Origin: Piromyces finnis finn
Lineage: Eukaryota > Fungi > Neocallimastigomycota
DNA: 64,000 nucleotides
NCBI GenBank assembly: GCA_002104945.1
Contig: MCFH01000018.1
Coordinates: 620,001 to 684,000 of the forward strand
Reading direction: 5' to 3'
In this document: positions 23,862 through 35,770 of the stretch, one piece after another
Layout: every line of letters starts with the position of its first letter
How positions within the stretch are numbered: position 1 is the stretch's first letter
The notes under the pieces: model-generated
Databases searched by the model: none
The model's input: only the letters and a program-made list of their open reading frames with translations
What the model was told of the DNA's origin: nothing
Position numbers and translations under genes: made by a program

Positions 23862-26800
23862 TCAAAAAAAAAAAAAACAAATACGCCAATTTTCTTTTAA
23901 TTCAAGTTTAATTGAAGAGGAAGAAGCATGCTATACAGAAAAAAATTTGATGGTGAACAATATAGGTTGAATTTTTTTTTATTTTAAGTATGTAAAATAA
24001 TAATAATAATAATAAAAAAACATATCTTTATATATTTATACATTTATGTCTTTATACATTAATGCATTAATACATTTATATATTTATATATTAATGAATT
24101 AATACACTTTTATCTTTATATAATTATATATTAATATTTATTAATCTATTATTTTCAAAATTCAATTTATTCCAATGGTAAAAGCTATTATCTTTTAATT
24201 CAATTTATATTTATCCTCCATAATTAACATTCTTGTGTCATGAGATTAAAAAACAAATAATAAAAAACAACAAAAAGAAATGTACAAACAAATGAAAACA
24301 CCACAAGTTTTTTTTTCATTATTAACTTCAAAAACTAAAATAAAAATTTTTTAAAGTGTAATATGTAATAGAAATGGAATAAAAAGAAAAATATGTATAA
24401 ATGGATATATATATAAAGTAATAATAAAAAGAAATAGATAGTTTATTTAATATCTACTCTTTTTCTTTTTTTTTTCATAAAAATGTTATAATAAAATAAT
24501 AAAAAAAAAAAAAAGAAAAATGGAATATACAATTATGAAGAAAAATTAAAAAATCAATTTTAGAAAAATAGAAAAATCAAAAAATGAAAAATTAATATAA
24601 AATTATTAAAAGAATAGAAAAATAGAAAAAAAAAATTTAAAAATATAATCAAAATAAAACAAAGAAAATAATAAAATAAAATATAAAATAAAATAAAAAG
24701 TAGGTATATTCAATTTTGAATAGACTCAAGTTGTATTTTCCCTCTCTCTCTCTCTTTTTTTTTTTTTAGTAGTTCATTATAGATTTTTAATCGTTTAATA
24801 TTGGAGTATGCATTGATTTTTTTATTTATTTAAATGAAATATAGATTAAATTATTTTAATAATTGCCTTTCCATAAATTAAAAATGTTTCATCTAATTAG
24901 TTTTTTGCTTAGTTGTAATGTATTTCTAAAGTTTGTAAAATACAAAAAGATTAGCTACAAAGTAGTTTTTAATACACAATATATAATAAAAATAATGATT
25001 ATAGTTTGTTTACTTAAAACGAATATTTTATATTCATAATTTAGATGCAGTTGTATTTTAAATAAAATTTATATTACTTTTCTTAACCACGAATAGTTTA
25101 TTACAAAATAAATAAAATCTTTACCACTGTAATGTAATGTATTAATTATGTATTAATGTATTAGAATTAAAGGCAACTTTTTTTTTTTTTTTTTTTTTTT
25201 GGAAAAACCATACACATAAAAAACATGATTTTAAGTTATAATTTGGTATTTTTCGCTGAAACACATAAACAATAATGAACTATATATATTTAATATTTTC
25301 CTCATTAATTAAAAAAAAAAAAAAAAGAAAAAAAAAAAAGAGGAAAAAACCAAGAGGCATACTCCAGGTAAATATAATATTTTTTTTTATTATTATTCAA
25401 AAATATTCAAAAATATAATATTACCTATGAAATCAAATTGACAATATAATACAATTTTCACTTGCAACATTAACAAAATAAAAAAAATATTTATAATATA
25501 TATAAAAAAAAGGTAAGTCATTTATTATTTTTTTATTTATTTAGTTATAATAGTATTATATATTTTATTATCTTTACTATTTTTTAAAAAGAATATTATC
25601 AATAGGATTTAACAACTTTCAATATCAAAAAGTCAATTTCAAAATTTATAATATTATAAATAGCAATACCTTATTATTTTTAAATTAAAAAAACACTTTT
25701 AAAAAAAAAATAATAATTAAATTTATATTATTTATTTAGTTATATATTTATTCATTTACTTATTAAATATGTCAAAAAATAGAATATTCTATAGAAATAT
25801 TAATAAAAAATCAAATGAAATGAAAATAAATAGAAAGTAGGATAAATAAAATATAAATAAAAAAAAATAATTAATTATTGACAAATGGATAAATAAAAAT
25901 TAAATTAAAAAAAATAAAAAGGAAAAAGAAATATAAATTCTGTATATAAATTGAAATGACTTTTTTTAAAAGGTAAGTTTTTTTTTTTGATATATTAAAT
26001 TAAAAAGAGAAAGATAATAATTGATGTTTAAAATAATTTGTAAAAAAAAAAAAGGTAAGTTGAAAAGTTTATTATAAATACTATTTAATTTAATAAATAT
26101 GTGAGTTATTAAAATAATTTCAGCAACAACAACAATAACATAAATAACAACAACAAGTAATCATAATCATGATAAAAAGCAAAAGAAATGAATAGTAAAT
26201 CAATACCATTAATTATTTTTAATTTCAACAATAAAAAAGAATAATAATTTAAAATAAAATATATTTATATTTATTTGTTCCCAATGAAATTTATTATTTA
26301 ACTTTATATTATAATTTATGATACCAAAATTTAAATTAACAATTATAGTAAAAAAAGGATAATAAATTTGACAATTTAAAAATAAAAGAAATTAATAATT
26401 GGAGACCGAATCATAATTACCATTTTAATTGTAAATGAAATATTTCAAATGAAATGGTTTTAACATTAAATGACAATTTAAAAAAAAAAAAAAGTAATTG
26501 AATGATTTAAATTTTTTAAAAAAAAATACACCCATATATATTTTAATTAATTAAGGTAAGTTTTTAAATTGTAATTTTATAATAAATGATACAACAATAG
26601 ATATATATTTATGTTTTATAAAAAAATAAAGAATTCTAAAATAAATAAAAAAGGTAAGTATTACGTTAAAATTTTGTATTTGTATTTGTATTTTATTGTA
26701 TTAAAAATATTAATAGAACACAAAAAAAAATAATGAAAAAAAAAAAGAAAAGTAAAACAAAAAACAAAACAAAACAACAACAACAACAAAAAAAAATTAA

Positions 26801-29159
26801 AAAACAAAGAAACTAAAAATTGGCATTTAAAAAATTATTGGAAACCAAAAATCAATTACCAAATTATTTATTCAATGTAATTTTAAAAATAAAATAAAAA
26901 AAAAAAGTAATTTTTATTAATTTTTTTAAAAAAAATTAGAGTTTTTACAAAGATAAAATAAATCAAAAATAAAAATAAATAAAAAATAAAAAATAAAAAA
27001 ATGAATTATATAAAAATAAATTTATATTTACATCATTAAAATGAAAATAATAAAAAATAATGAAAACTCATTTTAAAATAAATAAATTAAAAGTAGTTTA
27101 GAGTAGTTAAATTGACCAACTTTTAAAAAAAAGTAAGACATGGCAATGACGATGTCTTTTAATCCCCCTTTAATTTTTCAAAACTTTTAATATAGACGAT
27201 ATATTAAATAAAAGTTTAAAATACATAATATTATATAATAATATATGGTGTAAGTAGAGATAAAAATAGGCACATAAAAAAAAAAAGGTTTTATTATCTA
27301 ATATATCATGATATATTAAAAAAAAATTTTTTTTTTCAAATGAGGGCCTAGAAATTTTTTAATATAGCCATTTCGAGAAAGCAATTCATTACTACAACAA
27401 ATTAGTAAAAAAAAAATAAAAAATAAAAAATAATTAAATGTAAAGTTATATAAAAGTAGCATAGAATTATTGAAATGGTTTTTATAATTTGGAAGGAATT
27501 TTTTGAAAAAACAAAGAACTTTATAAAAGAAAAAAAAATAATAATTTAAGAGGGTGGGTAAAAAAAAAAAAAAAAGGAAATTAATATATTAATTAAAAAA
27601 TTAAAATGATTTCACCAAATAGAAATTAAAGTCAAGGTTATTTCATTTCAATTGAAAGGTAACCTTTTATAGATCATGAAAAACGACGTTAATGAAATCA
27701 TTTAATTTTAATCATCTTTAAAAAAAGTATCATTTATACTTTCATTTTAATATCTTTTGTTTTTGTTTTTCAAAAAAAAAATATTTTCATTTCTCTCTAA
27801 AAGTAAAAAATGGCTTGATACAAGTATTTGTTACGTATTTATAAAATTGTAGAAAGTTTTTAATAGATTAGAAAAAGGATAGACCATCAATTTTAAGTCA
27901 CGCAACCTCCAACTATAAAATAGAAAAAAAAATTGATAATCAAAAAATATAAAAAAATAGGGGGATTTTGTTTAGGTGTAGATTCAAAAAAATAAAGTTT
28001 ATTAAAATTGTTTTAAAATATTAATTAATATTAAAAAATATTTATAGAACAATAGTAAAATAAAATAGAGTAGTAGTGAGTCGTAGGAGTAGTGGTGGTG
28101 CAATATATAAAGTATAAAAATAGTAATAAAATAGAATAATATAAAAAAAATAGAGTAATATATATCTATATAATAGAGTAATATATATAAAATAGCATAG
28201 TCATAATAATTATCCTATTTATATAATAAAATTAATAATTTATGTAGAAAATAGAATAGTGGATTTTTTATTATAAAAAAAAAAAGGAGGGAGGCATTTT
28301 AGCAAAGTTTAAATAGTAAAAAAAAAAAATATTAATAATAATAAATAATAATACCAATTAATTAATTAATTAAAAAAAAAAAAAGAATTTGTATGGAATG
28401 ACAGTACCAATGACGATTTTATCTTTTAAAAAGTGAATTATTGAACAAACAATAAAAAGTACAACATTTCAATATACATTAAGGGGGAGATTCATGAACA
28501 TTCATAATATTAATATATAAACTGAAAAAAAGTATTAAAAAATTTTTTAAAAATTAAAAAATACTATTTATTATACTACTTTAACTTACCAGTATGTTTT
28601 AGATAGTTTGGTAAAATTAAAGAAGAAATTATAAATAAAAAATACAAAATTTTACAAAGTATTTAGAATTTTAAATAAATAAATAATAATATTAATAACA
28701 AAAAAGTAGGCTAGAAAACAAATATACTACATTTTTAAAAATTAAAAAAAAAAAAGAAATATAACGCCATTCTATATAATAAATAAATAAATAATAAGAA
28801 TTAAAAGTATCAATAATAAATATTTAATAGTTATAATAAATATATAAAAATTAAAGAATATTATTTAAAATTTTTATACCATAAAAGAGTAGCAAAGAAA
28901 AAATAATAATTATGAATAGAAAGACTAAAAATTATTACAGACTATTTATATAATAAAAAAGGTATATATATTTATAGTGAAATATCAAAGAATACAATTA
29001 AATAATAAAAAGATATTTTTACAAAACATTTTACTTTTATTCTTTATAGTATTATAATACAACAAAACAACAATATTTAATAATATATAAATATAATATA
29101 AAAAATATAATTAGTAAATAGACTTAAAAATAATAAATATTAATTATAAACATAAACCT

Positions 29160-29232
29160 AAATATAATAATAATAAACATAATAATAATAAACATAATAA
29201 TAATAATAATAAACATAATAATAATAATAAAC

Positions 29233-29265
<33 letters not shown>

Positions 29266-29311
29266 TAAAAAGTTTAATAATAATAATAATAATAATAATA
29301 AAATAAAAAGT

Positions 29312-29397
<86 letters not shown>

Positions 29398-29450
29398 TGA
29401 TAAAAAAAAACATAATAAACACAATAATAATAAACATAATAATAATAATT
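29160..29450. repeat. Compound (AAT)n microsatellite with AAACAT and AAAATAAAAAGTTT interruptions
   Basis: Read directly; the 14-nt interruption is at 29262 and 29300. Confidence 0.9.
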
Positions 29451-31156
29451 GATAACAACAAATATTAATTATAAAAAAAAAACATAAGCATTATTTTTAT
29501 TATAATAAATTTTATGGAAAATAGGTAAGTAGTTAGAAAAAATTAAATATATATATTAATAATTTTTTAAGAATGAAAATTGGTTAAAAATGATAAAGGT
29601 TACTTTTTAAATAAGAGATAGTTTTTATGATATTTCAGAGTTATTTGGATAAATTGAAAATAAGAAATTAAACTTGATCTATCTATTAGGAATACTAAAC
29701 TTTAAACTTTTAATTTTTATTATTTAAAAAAAAAAAAAAGAATTTATAAAGTAGTTATAATATTTTTATATTATTTATATTATGTATTGAAGAAAAAAAA
29801 AATAGCATTTTTTTTTCTTTTTTCATTGAAAAAGATAGATATCATGAATATAACTACGATGTTGTTTTTATAGAAAAAATGGTTTAAAATAATATTCATG
29901 CTTTTTTTTTATAGAAAAATATTGCAATATAGAAATGTCATTAATTTTGATCTGTTTTTTTTTGGGGAAAACACTATGAGTTGTTTATTGCTATTTTTAT
30001 TAAAAAACAAAGTAAATATATTATTTAATATTTAATATATTTAGTCGTCCTTAAGAGAGAAACAATAATTAATGGTTAATGCTATAGCAATAAATGATAA
30101 AATTATATAAAGAAGGGTAAACTATATAACATACAATAAAGAAAAAAAAAAACATAAAATTATTTTTTTAATACTATAGTTATTATGGATATAAGTTATT
30201 ATTTTTTTTATATAATTATATAATTATAATTTGATTCTTTTTTTTTTTTTCTTCTTAATTAAAAAAGTTCTTATTTACTTGTTTCATCTTTCCCCTTTTC
30301 TTATGTTAAAATATAAAAGGCATTATTTTACCTTTTCTTAGTTCACTACACAACTTTAAAAATATTTTTTCTCTTACAATTACTACAATAGATGAACATA
30401 TTAAAGTTAAAAAAAAAAAGAGATTTTATTAATAGTATAAGGAATCAAATTTTTTAAAAAGGTTTAAAACTTAATCCTTTTCCTTTCTTTTATTGCTATC
30501 TTTATTAAAATATAATTATAATAATTTAATCTTTTTAAAAACCTTTTTATAAATATAATTCAACTGCATCATTTATTATTATCATTATCATTATCGTTTA
30601 TTGACCTTTTTTTTTTTTTTTAAAAAAAAAAATTCTTTACACATACTGTAAAGTTTAGCGACAACAACAATAATGATGACACTTTTAATAATTTATATTT
30701 TTAAAAAATAAAAATATAAATTGGCTTCTTTCTAATCTATTCACTGTTGCATTATGTTTATCTATTGTTTGTTATTTATATCAATTTAAAAGTATATTCA
30801 CAAAATACTGAAAGTTTTTTTTTTTTTTTTTTTTGTTATTAATAATTTCATTATCGTTATGATTTGAACGGATTAGATACACTATTATTCATTGACTTTA
30901 TTTGGAGGTGTAAGATCGGGATTTGACGAAATATAATAGCATCTATTGAATTTTAATTAAGCTCATTATTATTAACATCATCATTAACTTGAAAATCTTG
31001 TCAATTCATAAAAGTTTATACCACTACAAATATGTAATTCCCGTTTCGGGATTTTGTACATGTATATTAGTTATTTATAATTTATGATAACTTTTGAATT
31101 TTGCTTTTTTACATTGGTATATAATAACTGATCGTTACCAAAAAATGATCAATTAG

Positions 31157-31244
31157 TATTTATCCTAGATTTTTGACCATTGTAGCCAGAATTTTTAACC
31201 AGAAGAAATTTTACTTCTTCTAGTCTTTTAGCCAGAAATTTTTT
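31157..31244 (+). repeat. Dispersed ~85-bp repeat, copy B (CCAGA iterons)
   Basis: Homologous to 1474-1559 (19-nt exact match plus conserved iteron spacing). Confidence 0.7.
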
Positions 31245-32149
31245 ATTGCTCATTTTTTGGTAATAAATGGGTTATCGACTGTACAACTTTTTCCATTATT
31301 AAAAGAATTTTCAATTTTAAAGTAAAAAGAGGGGCTCTCTAGTTTTACTTGTAGGATCATTCAAAATAATAGAATGTTTAGTAGTATGTTACCAACTTTA
31401 AAAGTATCAACTATAAAAGTGAATTTGTGTCAAAGTCAATGAAATCATTATTACTAATATATATATTAATATTTTTGACAATTATAAAATTATTTTTAAG
31501 CATTTTTAGCTTTAAATGAATCTGATCATTTCTACGATTGAAATTAGAAATGCATTTATCATATCGTATAAATTAATTATATTATTAGGGTCATGTCCTT
31601 TAGGAAAATATATGTATTATAAATAATATCAGCTAAGAAGCCATATGGAATCTTTAATATTTGTTTCCTTCAGTTTCTTAAATTAGGAATGCTATCTCTA
31701 ATGCTTAACAGTATTTTATTATAATAAAAAGTCATTTTTCATTTAATTTCAAACAAACTATCCCATACCAAAATATAAAGGTTAATAACGATGAATTAAA
31801 TTAATATATGTTCAAAAGGGAAAAAAATAAATATTTTTATCAGAAATATCAAAGAGCATAAAGACAAGGATAAAAAAATAAAAATATTCATAAATATAAA
31901 GCGGGATTTATGGCTCATCCAATATATACTAATATACTATTTTAATTAATTTATAGCATTTAAAACTTAAATTTCTTTCTTTAAATATTACTTTTTTTTT
32001 AAATATTCAATTCAATAAAATTATCGAGAATAATTGTATATTATGATGTATTTATAGATAAATTCACTGATCCCACATGTTTTTCTATCAAAAAATTAAA
32101 TGAAACAAAATAAAGTAACATTAAATAAGAGAGTATAATGTATGCTAAA

Positions 32150-32790
32150 ATTTTTTCCTATGAGTCCTTCATGCTTTCATTTGTTGAATTGTTTTCATTA
32201 AACTTTATGTAAGGAATATTAAGAATACTTTTTTTTTTGCAATAGCAGTAATTGGAGCTTTTGATGACGTAAAGTGTTTCTACTTAAACCTATCAAAAAT
32301 GTAATTTCATAGAACTTCTTAATCATAGTAACTTGATTTTAATAAAAAAAAAAAATGTAATATCTTTTATCTATGGAACATGAAATCACGATGAACTCTT
32401 AAGCTGTTTGTTCATTTAAATGTCTTTGCTCCATTTTATTAATTTGAAACTTATCATAAAACTCCACTAAAGTAGGAACGTATAAATATACAGTCATAAA
32501 TAAATCAAGGAAATATAGGTTTTAATCTTACATATCAAAGTCACCTATAAGAATTGCTAGGTGGTTGGGTTTGTTAAAAATAGTTAACCATTGGTTTTGT
32601 TTATATTGAATGCAACCAATTTTTAATTACAGTGAGATTTGGTATTATAACTTGTAATTTTTTACATAGAATTGCCGTAAATGTAATTGATAACAATAAG
32701 ATGTTGAATGGATATTATAGTAATAATTGATTCTGATAGGTTTAATAATGATAGTGGTACATTTATTATGCTAATAAAAATATTGTTATA
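32150..32790 (-). mobile_element. Decayed LINE-derived sequence (3' ORF2 fragment plus a possible endonuclease fragment)
   Basis: 32370-32450 aligns by eye with 14630-14700 and 45195-45270 (GATGAACT...TGTTCATTYAAATGTCTTTG). Minus-strand LAILIGDFDM near 32520-32560 resembles the APE GDFN motif. Confidence 0.4.
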
Positions 32791-33278
32791 TTGTTATTTA
32801 AAAAAATAAAAATAATTAAAAATAAAAGTAAAAATTTAAAACACAGAGATGAATAAAAAATAATGAGGATATAATGTAGTCTAGGTAATTTAAAGAAAAA
32901 AAAAGCTATATTTTATTTATTTATTAAAATATTAAGTAGTATTACATTTTTTTTTCTCCTTTTCTATCTTTTCTTATTATTATATTCACAATTTTTTTTA
33001 TTATTAAATTACGATGAAGCTATGATAAAATTATACTAAGAGAGTGTGAATTTAATTTTATTTGAACTTTTAATGTTTATGTTTAAATAATAGTTAAAAA
33101 TCTTTTTATAATAATATAAAAAGGGTCTTACTTCAGACACACCTTCTTATAAAGAGTATTGAATTGCCTTTAAGTATAAATATAAATTTATTAAAATATT
33201 GAATCTTTTAATTGATTTACTACCAATAATCTTTGAAATGTTTTTTAATATTTAATATTTGGTTTAAATTGTTAAAAT

Positions 33279-33351
33279 TATTTAATAAATGTCGTATTAT
33301 CGTTTTGAAATTTTTTATTTAATAAATGTCGTATTATCGTTTTGAAATTTT
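33279..33351. repeat. 37-bp tandem duplication
   Basis: TATTTAATAAATGTCGTATTATCGTTTTGAAATTTT twice, starting at 33279 and 33316. Confidence 0.9.
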
Positions 33352-33533
33352 ATAATACCATAAAAAGTGTCCTATTTTCAGACGCATCTAATAAAGAGTA
33401 TTGAATTACCTTTATTATCCATCGAATACTTTGATTAATTAATATAAACAATATGAAATTATATTTTTTTTATCTATTCGCATATCGTTTGTTAATATTG
33501 GAAAATAGAAAGGCTAAAGAAAGGTTTTCCTAT

Positions 33534-33800
33534 TAGTTGGATAGTAATAATACTTTTTATACCATATTATAAAATTATTTACTTGTCGAGGCTAATGAAA
33601 GGTTTTCATGTTACTCATCGGCTGGATCCATAATGAAAATGTAAGAAACTCTAATTCTTACTTATTTGCTTGTTTTTATTTTATTTTTATATATAATCCG
33701 AGTTTCTTACATTTTCATTATGGATCCAGCCGACGAGTAACATGAAAACCTTTCATTAGCCTCGACAAATAAATAATTTTATAATATTATTATCCAACTA
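33534..33800. mobile_element. Fold-back / MITE-like element with 88-bp near-perfect inverted arms
   Basis: Arms 33564-33651 and 33700-33787 match at 86/88 around a 48-nt loop. Outer ends TAGTTGGATA / TATCCAACTA are flanked by TAT on both sides (3-bp TSD, or a TA TSD with GTTGG termini). Confidence 0.75.
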
Positions 33801-33877
33801 TATTCTTGCTTCATCATATTTATATATTAGAATGCATTCTAAATATGTAATCAAAATAATAATAACACAAAATAGAG

Positions 33878-35434
33878 TTAACTCATTTGTATATTATTCT
33901 GATTTAATCCAAAAGTTACTTGTCCATAATTTGCCAATATATTTTGAAAATTTTTATTTATTTCATTGTGATTTTTATTTATTTCATTGTGATTTTTATT
34001 TGTTTCATTGAAATTTTTATTTATTTTATTTAATAGTTCTTCATTATTCTTATAAAGTATTTGATTTTGATTTTGCTTTTCTATTATACGTTTTCTAATT
34101 TGATTTAATAAATATTGATTATTCATAAAATTTAATGAAAATTCCAAGTTTATATATTCGTTTAATAAATATTGAGGATTCATAAAATTATTATTTTGAT
34201 ATATTTTTTCTAAATTCTTTTTTCCTTCTTTCAACATTTTATTATTTTCGCTTAATAATATATTATTAGTATTTTCTCTTTCCTGATTTTCTCTGAATAA
34301 TATAGCATTATTGAATAAATATATATACAAATTGGAGAATGAATTATTGTTTGTTTGATCTTTTAAATATTTTAACATTTTAAAAAAATCACAAAGTTTT
34401 AATTTATTTTTTTTTAATATCTTCTTCTAACTGTAACTGTGAATTCATTTCAAAGCTATTGTATTCTAATGGAAAATCAAAGTTTTCTTTGAACTCTATT
34501 TCACTATTATTTAAGGTCTTTTGAAACTCTTCTATATTACTAAAATTTTCTTTGTGTTCCATTTTACAATGAATTAAAACATTAACATGTTTTAAAAATG
34601 AAATGATATCATTATTTTTTACCCAATAATAAATTCTAGTATTTTCATTCGTTCTTTGTATATAATCTTTGTATTCAGAAGTAGTAAAAGGACTAAATAT
34701 AATTCCTTTTCTATTGTCACCCAAAATTAAAAGAGAATAAATATTTCTTGTTTTATTATCATTTCCACGTAATTGCAATGGAAGTTTTTTTTCTAATAAT
34801 TATAATATATAATTTATTAATTTTTTTATTATTATTTTTTTAAATAAATATATTACATTACTAAAATTTTACCTTCCTCATTTTCAGAAAAATCAAAAAT
34901 TTTTTTGCATTCGATAATATTGTTGTAAACTTTTTTAACTTCCCCTGATTTTGATGTATAGTTCTTATATTCATTTTCAAATTTTTTATCACTTTTAAAA
35001 TTATTGATAGTCAAAAGATATAAAGTCGCATTTTGACTTGGAAAACTTGTCTTAATCCATTTTAAAAATTCTTTACTAAAAACAATAGGTATTTCAATAA
35101 TATTCTTTTCTTCCTTATCATTTTCTTTCTTATCACTATTATCATTTTTCTTATATAAAACTTTTTGAATAATACTGGATTCTATAATTTCCCCAACTTT
35201 AATTTTTTTAGTCTTACTATTTTTAAAATTATCTACAAGTAAGTTAGTCAGAAATCTCATAGGTTTATATTGTAATGGCTTCTTATCTGATTTAAAAATA
35301 GTTTCTTTTTTTATCTGTAAACATGCACATGGACGAACTGGAAAAGATAATATGCTCAAAATATGTTTAAATAATTCAATATCCTCGGGTGATATTTCCT
35401 AATGGTTTTAATAAAATATAATTAGTGCCTATAC

Positions 35435-35465
<31 letters not shown>

Positions 35466-35473
35466 ACTTTTTA

Positions 35474-35518
<45 letters not shown>

Positions 35519-35526
35519 ACTTTTTA

Positions 35527-35568
<42 letters not shown>

Positions 35569-35576
35569 ACTTTTTA

Positions 35577-35642
<66 letters not shown>

Positions 35643-35770
35643 ACTTTTTATTTTATTATTATTATTATTATTACTAAATTTGGTACCACAGATTTCTTAA
35701 ATTTCTTTGGTTGCCTTTCACTTGAAGAAGTATTACAAGTGTTTTTTCTTTTTCCTATGGCAGCAGTCAT
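33878..35770 (-). CDS. Uncharacterised protein (~507 aa if one frameshift is corrected), paralogue 2 of the family at 2352-4556
   Basis: Exons 35770-35687, 35398-34873, 34792-33878. Motifs KPLQYKP, SSIIQKVLY and FTTSEYKDYIQRTN. An A9 run (34407-34415) creates a stop; A8 would restore the frame into ORF 33878..34378. Either an assembly error or a young pseudogene. Confidence 0.65.
35435..35673. repeat. Compound (ATT)n microsatellite inside the predicted first intron of paralogue 2
   Basis: ATT runs with AAACTTTTTATTTT interruptions at 35464, 35517, 35567 and 35641. Confidence 0.9.

Noticed and set aside
29158-29424. Poly-I/L/Y ORF; likewise poly-(IT) ORF 42710..43060 and ORF 9995..10180
   Set aside because: Translations of microsatellite or low-complexity AT DNA.
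30862-30875. Pol III B-box-like GTTCAAATC on the minus strand
   Set aside because: No A-box or cloverleaf. No tRNA or rRNA gene was recognised anywhere in the window.
32553-32567. 15-nt identity (ATTGCTAGGTGGTTG) with the young retroposon body
   Set aside because: No flanking homology, poly(A) or TSD, and it reads as part of a GDF-type endonuclease-like frame; left unexplained.
33590-33660. Hammerhead ribozyme (CTAATGA...GAAA) within the fold-back; also checked the retroposon body
   Set aside because: The core is not CUGAUGA and the three-stem arrangement cannot be formed.
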